Origin: a virus
IMG/VR virus record: IMGVR_UViG_3300030060_003348
Location: 5,818-69,817 of that record
DNA length: 64,000 nt
Strand: one strand, 5' to 3'
Shown here: positions 38,926 through 48,492 of the stretch, piece by piece
Layout: every line of letters begins with the position of its first letter
Position numbering within the stretch: position 1 is the first letter of the stretch
Made by a program: the position numbers and the translations under genes
The notes under the pieces: model-generated
Seen by the model: only the letters and a program-made list of their open reading frames with translations
Told to the model about the DNA's origin: nothing
Databases searched by the model: none

Positions 38926-39202
38926 CTTCTGGGTGTTTAATAGCTCCATCTTTTAGGTCAATATCGATTTTACCGTATTTATCTTCAAGTTTTGCTTGTT
39001 GAACTTTAACCTCATCATTCAAGCCAGCCACTTGATGTAAAACTTGATGTTTTTGAACTTCTATTTTACCAAGGTGCATTTGTAAGCCATCTAGCCTAGA
39101 AACCACTTCTCTTATAGAAGTAAGTTCATCTGCAGTTATAAATTCAGCTTTTGGTTTTAAGTCTATTACTTCTTTAGACTTTTTTGTTTTTCTTTTTGCC
39201 AT
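38906..39202 (-). CDS. Coiled-coil protein, possible fibre chaperone
   Basis: Heptad pattern ending YGKIDIDLKDGAI. Confidence 0.6.
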   Translation of the reverse strand: MAKRKTKKSKEVIDLKPKAEFITADELTSIREVVSRLDGLQMHLGKIEVQKHQVLHQVAGLNDEVKVQQAKLEDKYGKIDIDLKDGAIKHPEDGEVNS

Positions 39203-39228
39203 TTTTTTTAATTTAAGTTAATTTAATT

Positions 39229-39489
39229 TTAATTGTCTATATCTGAAACGTATTCAATTGTTTCAATATCATCTTCAGTTACACCAGTTCCATCACCAAC
39301 CCAATCAGAACTATTATCAAACGTATAAGCTGATAACTCTGAAGCTGTTGTGAAACTATTTAGTGCACTACTTATAGTATCACTTGTAACCACTATGTTT
39401 TTACTCTTATCTATGCTTCTGTGCATAAATTGTATATTTTCTTTGTTTAAAGTATCAAATACTTCGCTTGTTATTATATAGTATTTCAT
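39229..39489 (-). CDS. Hypothetical tail-associated protein
   Basis: 86-aa ORF after the LamG-like gene. Confidence 0.6.
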   Translation of the reverse strand: MKYYIITSEVFDTLNKENIQFMHRSIDKSKNIVVTSDTISSALNSFTTASELSAYTFDNSSDWVGDGTGVTEDDIETIEYVSDIDN

Positions 39490-39492
39490 TTT

Positions 39493-40578
39493 TTATATTG
39501 TTGCTATAGCAGAATCTCCATTTACTGAGAAGTTACCAGATGATTCCCCACTACTATCATTACCATTACCAGCTTCAAAAGTATAATAACCTTTTAAATT
39601 ACTAGCTGCACTATGACCGGTTGCATCTATTCTTGTACCGCCTCCATATAACTCTGACACTTCGCTTGCTGACAACGCTTTGTTCCATATTGTTAAATCA
39701 TTGTAAAGAGTAGCTGCGCTGTTACCAGATTTTAGATTATTAGCTGTATTCATTCCTATAGCAACCTCTCTAGATGTGCTAGCACTCATATTACCACCAT
39801 TACCAACAGTTCTACCACTTGCGTAAAATCCAGTTCCAAGTGTAGAAGCGTTCCAGTAGCATTTTAAATGAGCAGGAGCGGAGCTATTAGTTCCACTCAT
39901 GGTGAATGTTATCATTGTAAAGTCATCATCACCTACGTTCCCTCTGTTAGTAGCACTCCAATAAGTGCTAGAATTACCAGTTCCACTAGCACTTGTATAT
40001 AAGTTTGCGGCTGCTCTTGCTGTTCCATAGTTGCCACTGTTAGCATGAAACAACCAAAATTGTTGAACATAATTGCTATTATTTTGACCACGCTCTATAT
40101 ATAATCTATTGTTTGACTCGTTATAAAATATTCTAACTTGTTGGTTTCTTGTTCCGGTACTATCCTCTTGGTTTGAGTGGAAAAAATGTATATTTGTATT
40201 TAAGTTAGCCGCCCAACCAGCTTTAACCCAAAATGATATTGTATGTGCTGTAGTACCAGTAACATTCCATGGTGAACTAGTACCAGTAGAAGCAATTTGT
40301 ATCATATTAGCCTCACCTGTAGTTATAGATTTTGAAACTGCTTTTGTATCAGAAAAACTACTAAGATCGTGATCATAAGCATAAAATTCAGACATTGCAT
40401 GGGGCGCTTCACCATCAGGTCTATCTTCAGCTGCGTTACCTGTATTAATAGTACCTGCAGTACCATTAGAACACTCTAACAAGCTAGCTTCATCTGTAGC
40501 ACTAGTATTATAAGTGTTAGTAGCTAACTCCGCTTTAATAGCAGCGAGACTTATAGCACCACTACTCGGGACGGCCAT
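39493..40578 (-). CDS. Tail protein with LamG/ConA-like domain
   Basis: TISFWVK and NDLTIWNKALSASEVSELY motifs; N-terminal SSGAISL module. Confidence 0.75.
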   Translation of the reverse strand: MAVPSSGAISLAAIKAELATNTYNTSATDEASLLECSNGTAGTINTGNAAEDRPDGEAPHAMSEFYAYDHDLSSFSDTKAVSKSITTGEANMIQIASTGTSSPWNVTGTTAHTISFWVKAGWAANLNTNIHFFHSNQEDSTGTRNQQVRIFYNESNNRLYIERGQNNSNYVQQFWLFHANSGNYGTARAAANLYTSASGTGNSSTYWSATNRGNVGDDDFTMITFTMSGTNSSAPAHLKCYWNASTLGTGFYASGRTVGNGGNMSASTSREVAIGMNTANNLKSGNSAATLYNDLTIWNKALSASEVSELYGGGTRIDATGHSAASNLKGYYTFEAGNGNDSSGESSGNFSVNGDSAIATI

Positions 40579-43396
40579 GAAGAATATATTTTAATTCGTT
40601 AATTTGTTTTTGTTGATCTTTAATAGCCTCGATTAAATAACCAACTAAGTTACCATAAGCAACTCCTTTGTAATTACCATCATCTATAACTAACTCTGGG
40701 GCAACTTTTTCCATTTCTTGAGCTATAACACCAGAACTAGCTTTTCCTGTGTCTACACGATCGAAACTAACTCCTCGCATCTCTAACACTTTCTTACCAT
40801 CTAATGTTTTAACATTTTCTTTTAATTTTTTATCAGAATATGCTATTACGTCTGCAGAACCAGTTATTGTACTACCTACATATAGTTTTTTAGCGATACT
40901 TGCTCCACCAACGGTTCTTAAAGCACCATTACCGCCTGTAGCACTAGAAGAATCTGTTGTGTTACTTATAGTTGTTAAAGCGCTAAATGTTTTTGCACCG
41001 CTAATAGTTTCTACTGAAGAAGCAAGGTTTAAAGTATCTAACTTAGTTTTATCTTCAGCAGTCATAACACCCCTAGTCTCTGTAGTTGCATCGTCAAGAT
41101 CACTAAGATCGCTAACTCCTGAACTCCAAGGTACATTAACAACTAAAGCACCACTAGTATTACCTAGTTGAACAGCATAAGTTCTATTAGCAGTATTTGT
41201 TAAAGTAGCTGGTGAAACAGTGTTTGTTGTAGTGCTTTTTATTTTAACACCACCAATAGCGCTAGTTGAAGCTGCTGGTAAATTATCAGTGTGTATGTTT
41301 TGTGTCTGTGATACAGACCAATCTAATGTTTGAGCTACACTGTAAGCCGCGCCAATGTTAGTTTTTATTGAAGCTTTATTAGAAGAACTAATATCAGTGC
41401 TAGCAACAATAGCAGCTATTACTTGACTATCACTTAACTGAGTATTGTTATAATTACCAGTATGTATATTGGTACCACCTTGGTCTGTAGTCCAGTCTAT
41501 AATTTGATTGCCTGATGGTATTGTTGGAGTACCACTCAAAGAATTGTATGCTCCATCAAAAGCATCTGTGATTCCATATCCTGATATTGTAGTTGGCTTA
41601 CTTGTTATAGAACTAAACGTATGTGAGTGTGATGAGGCAGCTCTAGTTGCAACTTGTGTATCTACATAAGATTTAATACTTTGCTGCGTAGCCAAAGCTG
41701 TAGCACTATTACTAGACATATTATCTTGATCTAATATAGAACTAACCGTAGCACCAGTGTTACCTAGCTTTAATCCACTATCACTTACTTCTAATCTTTC
41801 ACTACCACCTGTTACTACTCTCCATTGATCATTAGTGTGAAATCCAAAGTAAGTATTAGTATCGGATTCATGCATTATATTTCCTGGTATGGTTAAATCT
41901 CTATTGTGATCTAACAGATTAGTATAATCAGTGTTTTCTGTACCAGCGTAGTTAGATGTTATAAATATATTTTGGAGTGGTATTGTTTGATAGCTATCAT
42001 TAGAAGGGTTCCAACCATAGAAATCTATTGTTATTCTAGTTGAATTTGCATCGTCACCATCACCATCGTGTAAAGCGCTATCTGACTTAAACATTAAGCC
42101 CCAATTGTCTATATTATTATCATTATTGTTTAATGCTGTTGGATCACCACCACTAATTCTCCCACCAAAATCCATTGTTGCGTGTACCTCAAATTCATCA
42201 TCAGTATTTTTATGCTCAACTAACATTTGACAACCAGGCCATGTAGATCCACTCCAGCCGGTTTGTATACCTATATTTGCTCTAGTAGGCCAACCACTAG
42301 ATTGGTTTGTTGTAAATCTAAATTTATAATAAGTTGATGGTACGTTCCAATATGTGTCTTGCCTACCATCAAGTAGTTTTCTTATATTAGCCTCTTGCTC
42401 AGCCGTTGCCCATTCACTACCGTTCCAATATTCAAAATTCTCAACAGCTTGGTATCTAATAATATCAGCTCTTTGATTTTTAAGAAATAAACTTAAGTTC
42501 CTATCACCACCATAATCGTCAAAGTAATATTTATCTTCTATTGTTTCGTGGTACAAACCAAAAGTGCTACCTTCTACTGTTAAATCACCAGTAATACTAG
42601 CATCATCTCCAACTACTAAGTCATCAGTAGTGTACAAATGTTCTGCTTGTATTGTTGCACTAGCAGTTATATTATCTACTCCAGTTAAATTACCGCTTAT
42701 ATCAGCGTTACCATTAATGTCTAAAGATGTAGCCTCTACTTCACCGGCAAAAGTTGCTTTTGAACTATTTAATACAAACCAGTTTTCACTAAGCGGAGCG
42801 GTTGCTGAGTTATTATCTATTGATCCAGTTTCAACATCAGATCTACCAAGAGCAATGACATCATCTCCAATAAAAGCTATACCGTGATCAGTAGTGCTAT
42901 TACCAGGAGCTTTTAAATATACATAGTCCCCAGTATTAGCACCCCAACTTGTATATAAAACGTCATGAGTTGTTGCATTACTCCAACTATCGCTTTTCTT
43001 TCTAAGTATAGCACCACCAGCATACGACACTATTTCATCATGTATGTCTAAATATCCTGATATATCTGCGTTACCGTTTATATCAAGTGAGGTACCAGTT
43101 AATGTTGTACCGGTAATTGTGCCACCACCAGTAATGTTATTACTACCCATTGCAATATTTCCTGACATAGTGCCACCAGTTGTAGCTAAAGCACCTATAT
43201 CTGAAGGGTCTGTTGGAATAGTTGTGCTAGTAAACGCGTTGCTTTGTAACTGTCTTTTACTAAGAACACCTGTACTGTTGTTTATCATAACAGCATAGGT
43301 TTCAAACCCGCCAGAAAGCCCTGAAAAAGTAACAGCAGAGGCGCATGATAAATCAGCGCCACTACCTGTTATTGTTACGTCGTTTAAAAACTTCAT
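40562..43396 (-). CDS. Tail fibre with C-terminal intramolecular chaperone (peptidase S74)
   Basis: YSDKKLKENV...GVIAQEMEKVAPELV...LIEAIKDQQKQI; repeated SLDINGNADISG. Confidence 0.85.
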   Translation of the reverse strand: MKFLNDVTITGSGADLSCASAVTFSGLSGGFETYAVMINNSTGVLSKRQLQSNAFTSTTIPTDPSDIGALATTGGTMSGNIAMGSNNITGGGTITGTTLTGTSLDINGNADISGYLDIHDEIVSYAGGAILRKKSDSWSNATTHDVLYTSWGANTGDYVYLKAPGNSTTDHGIAFIGDDVIALGRSDVETGSIDNNSATAPLSENWFVLNSSKATFAGEVEATSLDINGNADISGNLTGVDNITASATIQAEHLYTTDDLVVGDDASITGDLTVEGSTFGLYHETIEDKYYFDDYGGDRNLSLFLKNQRADIIRYQAVENFEYWNGSEWATAEQEANIRKLLDGRQDTYWNVPSTYYKFRFTTNQSSGWPTRANIGIQTGWSGSTWPGCQMLVEHKNTDDEFEVHATMDFGGRISGGDPTALNNNDNNIDNWGLMFKSDSALHDGDGDDANSTRITIDFYGWNPSNDSYQTIPLQNIFITSNYAGTENTDYTNLLDHNRDLTIPGNIMHESDTNTYFGFHTNDQWRVVTGGSERLEVSDSGLKLGNTGATVSSILDQDNMSSNSATALATQQSIKSYVDTQVATRAASSHSHTFSSITSKPTTISGYGITDAFDGAYNSLSGTPTIPSGNQIIDWTTDQGGTNIHTGNYNNTQLSDSQVIAAIVASTDISSSNKASIKTNIGAAYSVAQTLDWSVSQTQNIHTDNLPAASTSAIGGVKIKSTTTNTVSPATLTNTANRTYAVQLGNTSGALVVNVPWSSGVSDLSDLDDATTETRGVMTAEDKTKLDTLNLASSVETISGAKTFSALTTISNTTDSSSATGGNGALRTVGGASIAKKLYVGSTITGSADVIAYSDKKLKENVKTLDGKKVLEMRGVSFDRVDTGKASSGVIAQEMEKVAPELVIDDGNYKGVAYGNLVGYLIEAIKDQQKQINELKYILHGRPE

Positions 43397-43420
43397 TTAT
43401 TAAATTTTATTTATTATTGT

Positions 43421-45379
43421 TTATGAATATGTTGGAGTTACAGCGGAAGCGCTTTTCGCAGCCATTATTACAACTCTAACATTAGCAGTTAAGTTTGCTG
43501 AAAATTGAACCGTAACCACTGAAGTAGAAGTTGCCGTAACATCAGCATAAATCTCAGTGTAGTTTGTGTTTTCACCAGTTCCAATTTCATAAAGTCTAAC
43601 CACAACGTCTTTTGTGCCTAAATTATGTGTTATAGTTGCAAGTTTATTCGTAGAGGCGTTTAATCCACCAGCACCAGCAGCAGTTATAGTTGCAACCTTT
43701 GAAAATTGAGCCATAACATTTGCACCAGATATTACCACTGCTTGACCTGAAGCACTTGTTGATATACCGTTTGAACCAGTTACATCAAGAGCTGTAGTAT
43801 AACTATTTGCTGTAGCCGTACCACTATCACTTGTAACAGATGAAAATAGATTTTGTATTATGTTATAACTGTTTGAACCATCGTTAGCAACCCATTTATC
43901 TGTTTGTTCAACCCAATGAAGACTAGAGTTGGTTGGATTACCTCTTTCTACTTCAATACCAGAAGTCAAAGTTGAAGAAGGTGTACCAGTTTGATTCTTG
44001 TTTAATGTTATAAGATTATCTTCAATTACAAGTTGTGTTGTATCTATCGTTGTAGTCGTACCATTAACAGTTAGATCACCTGTGATTGTGCAGTCATTAG
44101 TAACAGTTAAATCATTACCAATTGTAACATCGTCTGGTAAACCAATAGTAATATCACCACCGTTACCAGTTGCTGGAGTTGTGATTTCTATTTCATTAGT
44201 AGTACCTGAGAATTTAGCAGTTGTTGTAGAACCACCTGCCGTCCCTAATAAAGACAATGTAGATTCGTTAGAAGATACAGCTCCAACGCTTAAAGCATAT
44301 CTAGCATCAGTGTTAGTGGTGGTTGTCCAAGGTACGTGAACACAAAGTTTGCCATTAGCATCGCCAATTATACCATACGTTCTATCACTAGCAAAACCAT
44401 CTAAACCGCCATAAACTGTATTATCAATTGTACCAACAGTGTTGAAAGCGTGCTTACCAAGACCAAATGTTGAGTCGTCCATTTCACTGTAAGTAGTGTT
44501 TGTAGCTCCTATAGTTACAACACCAGCGTTTTCTGCTAAACTTACGTTAGAACCTTCTGATAGTAACAATGTTTCAGAAGCAAGTAAAGTGTTATTTGCA
44601 ACACCATTACCAGTCGTATCCACAGCTACGGTTCTTACAGCGGAATCAGTCCAAGGAACGCGAACAACTAATTTGTTGTTAGAATCTGTTTGTACACCAT
44701 ACCATTTTGTACCTGTGTCACCAGTTTCTTCAGCAGCATTTGCAGAGTTATTTGCAGCAAAAGTATTAGCATTTACTGTAACCGTGTCTGTACCACCAAC
44801 TACTGTACTTGTACCAGTACCACCAGCAATATCCATTGTATCAGTATCTGCTATAATTTGGTTTGTGCCACTATCAGCTGTTAACGTAAATGTTGTAGCT
44901 TTGTGATCTTGCCAAGGAACATGTACTTGTAGTTTATCTGTAGTTGGGTGACGTTCAACAGCATATATTTTAGTTCCAGCATCGCCAGCTCTTGCAGCTG
45001 TTGTTGTTGAACTCATAACACCATAAGTCTGTACGTCAAAAGTTACAACTGGAGCTGCGGCAGTACCAGATGTTGTTGTTACTAAAGCAGCACCACCTGT
45101 TAAGTCTAAAGTATCACCAGTGTCAACCTGGATGTTAGAACCAGAGTCCGATTGAATAGTCCAGTTTGAAATACTAGCCGTGCCATAAGCAAAGTCTCTC
45201 CATATACCAGAACCACTGTTACCAGTTTGATCCCACCATTTAGGTATTCCAGCTGCCGTGTCAAGGATTATATTACCTGAAGTGTTTATACTTGGCGTGT
45301 AAGAGGCGGCAGCAACCCTATACATCTTAAGTCGTCTTGCTTCATTTTCTACAAGATCTAAGTGATTTAAAAATTTCAT
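43421..45379 (-). CDS. Tail fibre protein
   Basis: T/S/G-rich; GDLTVNGTTTTI, IEDNLITLN and THNLGTKDV motifs; VPW repeats. Confidence 0.8.
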   Translation of the reverse strand: MKFLNHLDLVENEARRLKMYRVAAASYTPSINTSGNIILDTAAGIPKWWDQTGNSGSGIWRDFAYGTASISNWTIQSDSGSNIQVDTGDTLDLTGGAALVTTTSGTAAAPVVTFDVQTYGVMSSTTTAARAGDAGTKIYAVERHPTTDKLQVHVPWQDHKATTFTLTADSGTNQIIADTDTMDIAGGTGTSTVVGGTDTVTVNANTFAANNSANAAEETGDTGTKWYGVQTDSNNKLVVRVPWTDSAVRTVAVDTTGNGVANNTLLASETLLLSEGSNVSLAENAGVVTIGATNTTYSEMDDSTFGLGKHAFNTVGTIDNTVYGGLDGFASDRTYGIIGDANGKLCVHVPWTTTTNTDARYALSVGAVSSNESTLSLLGTAGGSTTTAKFSGTTNEIEITTPATGNGGDITIGLPDDVTIGNDLTVTNDCTITGDLTVNGTTTTIDTTQLVIEDNLITLNKNQTGTPSSTLTSGIEVERGNPTNSSLHWVEQTDKWVANDGSNSYNIIQNLFSSVTSDSGTATANSYTTALDVTGSNGISTSASGQAVVISGANVMAQFSKVATITAAGAGGLNASTNKLATITHNLGTKDVVVRLYEIGTGENTNYTEIYADVTATSTSVVTVQFSANLTANVRVVIMAAKSASAVTPTYS

Positions 45380-45404
45380 GTTTTATGTTGTTTGTTATTT
45401 ATTA

Positions 45405-46169
45405 TTAGTTACAAAATGCCTTGCCACTTCCGTCAGCCGACAAATATATTTTTAGTTGGTTGGTACTTATATGTTCTACATCTGGTATAAATATGGTATT
45501 ACCAACTACACATTGTACAGCTGGGTATTTCCCTAAATTATGAGTAACGGTCCAAGTAGAGGTTGCGTTTGTTTGGGTATGTGTATAATGTTTATCACCT
45601 TGATCTGGTCCAACCCATATTTCTAGTACATATACAGCTGGAACAGCAGGGTTAGCTCCGCTTGGATTAGAATGCCAATTACTATTACTAGATACATGTG
45701 TCACGGCTAAATCGTAAAAATCACTATGAGTACCGTTAACTGTCATGCTATTAACATCAAAAATTCCATAATAGTTAGGATTACTAACATCATGGAACTT
45801 TACTCTTTGTCCTACGTACTCAGCCAATATGTCTTGTGCTGTCATATTTACAGCGTTTGCTATAGCTGTAGCGTAAGGAAACTTACTAACTTTTAAAACG
45901 CTTAAACCACTAAAAGGTGTAGATACGTTGTTATTATTTCCTATTATAGATCCAGCTTGAGGTGTTGAGTTGCCATTATAATCTAAGTTGTGATATTGCC
46001 AACCTAATGCGCTTGGATCACACTCTGTAATATAATTAATAATAGTTGTATTTCCACCGGTACCACCAGGGCCCATGTGAAAGTTTCTCGTCACACCGTC
46101 TTGATCAGTACCGTGTAATTTATCTAATGGATCGAGGGTGTCGATCGCGTATGTACTGATTCTAGCCAT
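45405..46169 (-). CDS. Tail fibre-associated protein
   Basis: C-terminal HTQTNATSTWTVTHNLGKYPAV module. Confidence 0.65.
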   Translation of the reverse strand: MARISTYAIDTLDPLDKLHGTDQDGVTRNFHMGPGGTGGNTTIINYITECDPSALGWQYHNLDYNGNSTPQAGSIIGNNNNVSTPFSGLSVLKVSKFPYATAIANAVNMTAQDILAEYVGQRVKFHDVSNPNYYGIFDVNSMTVNGTHSDFYDLAVTHVSSNSNWHSNPSGANPAVPAVYVLEIWVGPDQGDKHYTHTQTNATSTWTVTHNLGKYPAVQCVVGNTIFIPDVEHISTNQLKIYLSADGSGKAFCN

Positions 46170-46173
46170 AAAT

Positions 46174-46560
46174 TTACTTTTTTACTTTCTCTAAACTTCT
46201 TCCACCAAAATACGCACCAATTACAGTTATTAAAACTAACTGCAATAAATCAGTCCATTTATTTTCTACTTTAAAATTAATAGCACCAGCGTCAATAAAT
46301 ATTAATAAAACTGTTGCTACTACTAAAAATACCAAAACTAATGGACGTATATTTTTACTCAGCCATGAATCTGACTGCATGTCCATTTTCCATCGCTCAG
46401 TTACTTGCTTTTGCATCTCAGCTTCGTAACCCATTATCATGTCTTTTATTTTTTGTTCAGCTGCTAACTTTTCTTCAGCAGAAGTATGGAGGTTATCTAT
46501 AACACCTCCAACTCCTTTTATAAGTTCAGTTGCACCTCCTGAAAATATTTTACTTAGCAT
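46174..46560 (-). CDS. Holin of the 3TM (GTA-type) family
   Basis: SDSWLSKNIRPL, two TM segments, YFGGRSLEK. Confidence 0.75.
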   Translation of the reverse strand: MLSKIFSGGATELIKGVGGVIDNLHTSAEEKLAAEQKIKDMIMGYEAEMQKQVTERWKMDMQSDSWLSKNIRPLVLVFLVVATVLLIFIDAGAINFKVENKWTDLLQLVLITVIGAYFGGRSLEKVKK

Positions 46561-46561
46561 A

Positions 46562-46951
46562 TTATTTTTTCTTTTTCTTGTTCTTAGATGGTCTTATTTT
46601 CTTTTTATCAAAGTCGTAACCAGTGCCTAAATCTCCTTCTTCAAAATCAGTTTCATCTAGATGATCACCTTTTTTATATTCCTTACCACTCCAGTGTTGA
46701 GCACCACGAGGTAAATAAGTAGTGTCCATAACTGAGTTATTAATAAAGCTTCCGTCTTCACGGCCAGTAACAAACAACCCTTTGTCATTCTCTTGAACTT
46801 TAGACACGTCTTCTATTATATAATCTTTAGCGTTTACATTTTGAGATCTTCCTTCTGAATCTTTAGGGTTAAAATTTCTTTCTCTTTTCTTTTTTTGTAA
46901 CAATGGAGTTCCTTCTCCAAAGTTTTTGATACCTTTCATTTTATATGCCAT
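46562..46951 (-). CDS. Basic protein with MAYKMKG leader
   Basis: MAYKMKG...GTPLLQKK. Confidence 0.75.
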   Translation of the reverse strand: MAYKMKGIKNFGEGTPLLQKKKRERNFNPKDSEGRSQNVNAKDYIIEDVSKVQENDKGLFVTGREDGSFINNSVMDTTYLPRGAQHWSGKEYKKGDHLDETDFEEGDLGTGYDFDKKKIRPSKNKKKKK

Positions 46952-46960
46952 AATATTTTT

Positions 46961-47308
46961 TTATGCGTTATATGCTCTTTTTTCCCATGGAAACTCCTTG
47001 CTACCTTCTTCTATCCATTTTCCATTATACTTTATTTTACCATCTTTTCTTTTGTAAGTATTACCATTATACCTAATGTAATCATCACCATAAGCAAGTT
47101 TACCACTTTTCATATCATCAATATGCTTTTTTTCGTGATTAACCACTTCTTTTTCTAATGGACTACCTGGTTTTATTTTATTGCTAATATTAATGCTACC
47201 ATCGTTATTAGCTTCACCCATAACACCAGGATCTAGTTTCTTTCTAAATATAGGAGCTGATTTAGAATTTTTAATACCTCTACTTTCTGAACCTAATTTA
47301 AAACCCAT
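46961..47308 (-). CDS. Mini zincin-like metallopeptidase with MGFKL leader
   Basis: VNHEKKH (HExxH) and downstream PWEKRAY. Confidence 0.6.
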   Translation of the reverse strand: MGFKLGSESRGIKNSKSAPIFRKKLDPGVMGEANNDGSINISNKIKPGSPLEKEVVNHEKKHIDDMKSGKLAYGDDYIRYNGNTYKRKDGKIKYNGKWIEEGSKEFPWEKRAYNA

Positions 47309-47796
47309 TACTTTTTCTTTACATATTTTTTAGCTTCTCTGTAAGCTTTTCTTTCTTGCTTATCTTTTTCATAATCTGCATCAGAAGCGTCAAAAGTAGT
47401 TCCGCTAGGTCCTTTTTTAGTTTCTAAGGCTAGCTTTTCTTTTTTAGCAATCATTTCTTTACTTTCAGCTGGTCCTATTTTTTCACTAGTTCCTTTTTTC
47501 TTTTTCTTTCCACCTGGAATCCCTAAACTAATAGCGTCTCCTTTTTTTCTAGGTTTTTTATTCCCCATGCCCCACTCAAAAGCTTCATCTTCACCAGTAT
47601 ATTTAGAATAAGCACCTGGACCTCTATATGTTCCCATTGGTACTGGCTCGTAATCTTTACTAGCAGCTGTTTCATAAAAAGCCTTTTCTTCAGGTGTTCT
47701 CATATATTGTGGCATCAATTGTTTAACAGGTGAGCCATCAGCGTGACACTTTACTGTTTTTCCGTAAAAAGATGATCCTTTCATTTTATATCCCAT
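47308..47796 (-). CDS. Basic protein with MGYKMKG leader
   Basis: MGYKMKGSSFYG...GSPVKQ. Confidence 0.75.
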   Translation of the reverse strand: MGYKMKGSSFYGKTVKCHADGSPVKQLMPQYMRTPEEKAFYETAASKDYEPVPMGTYRGPGAYSKYTGEDEAFEWGMGNKKPRKKGDAISLGIPGGKKKKKGTSEKIGPAESKEMIAKKEKLALETKKGPSGTTFDASDADYEKDKQERKAYREAKKYVKKK

Positions 47797-47797
47797 A

Positions 47798-48238
47798 TTA
47801 TCTGTCTTTGTCTTTTATCATATCATTTATAGCTTTATTATAAACTTTATCTGTATATGATTGGTTATTAAAAAATTTGCTTCTCTCTGATGTTGGTAAA
47901 TCCTCTTCACCTAACAATATTCTATACATTCTACTTATGAGTTGAGAGCACTTAAAAGAAGTTTTAAATACTGAGTATTTTATGGTAGTTCGGTTTCGGT
48001 GTCGCCAAACTTCTATCCAATCATTTCTTCTAAGCTTCTCCCATCTGTTCTTATCCCAACTCATTGTGTACACTCCGTTTATAAAGTCTTGTCGGGTAAA
48101 TCTTCCTTTACAATCGAGGTATACTAATAATTCTAGATCAGCGTCGGTTATGTTGTAAGTTTTACAAGCCCATTTTCTTACTAATCTATAATATTTAAAG
48201 AGATTCATTTCTCTTATATCTTGTGCTGTTATTCTCAT
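47798..48238 (-). CDS. Possible winged-helix DNA-binding protein
   Basis: MarR-like start ITDADLELLVYLDCKGRFTRQDF. Confidence 0.45.
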   Translation of the reverse strand: MRITAQDIREMNLFKYYRLVRKWACKTYNITDADLELLVYLDCKGRFTRQDFINGVYTMSWDKNRWEKLRRNDWIEVWRHRNRTTIKYSVFKTSFKCSQLISRMYRILLGEEDLPTSERSKFFNNQSYTDKVYNKAINDMIKDKDR

Positions 48239-48492
48239 TCTACTATAACAACATCTTGATCTTTTATAACTTGATATAGCTTATTGCCACAATCTATACT
48301 TTCACCTCTATGCTTGTCATAATATACAATATCGTCTTGTTTTAATGCTTGTACAAAATTTCCAACTGATATTATTTTACCTTTTATAAATCTATTATCT
48401 ACATCTAAATCTTCTGTATATAATAAGCCGTTAACTTTTTTATGTTTAGACTCTAATTTTTCAACTAATATGTAATGTCCTATTGCTTTCAT
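48235..48492 (-). CDS. groES: Co-chaperonin GroES-like protein
   Basis: MKAIGHYILVE...GKIISVG...DIVYY...DVVIV; overlaps the groEL stop. Confidence 0.8.
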   Translation of the reverse strand: MKAIGHYILVEKLESKHKKVNGLLYTEDLDVDNRFIKGKIISVGNFVQALKQDDIVYYDKHRGESIDCGNKLYQVIKDQDVVIVE

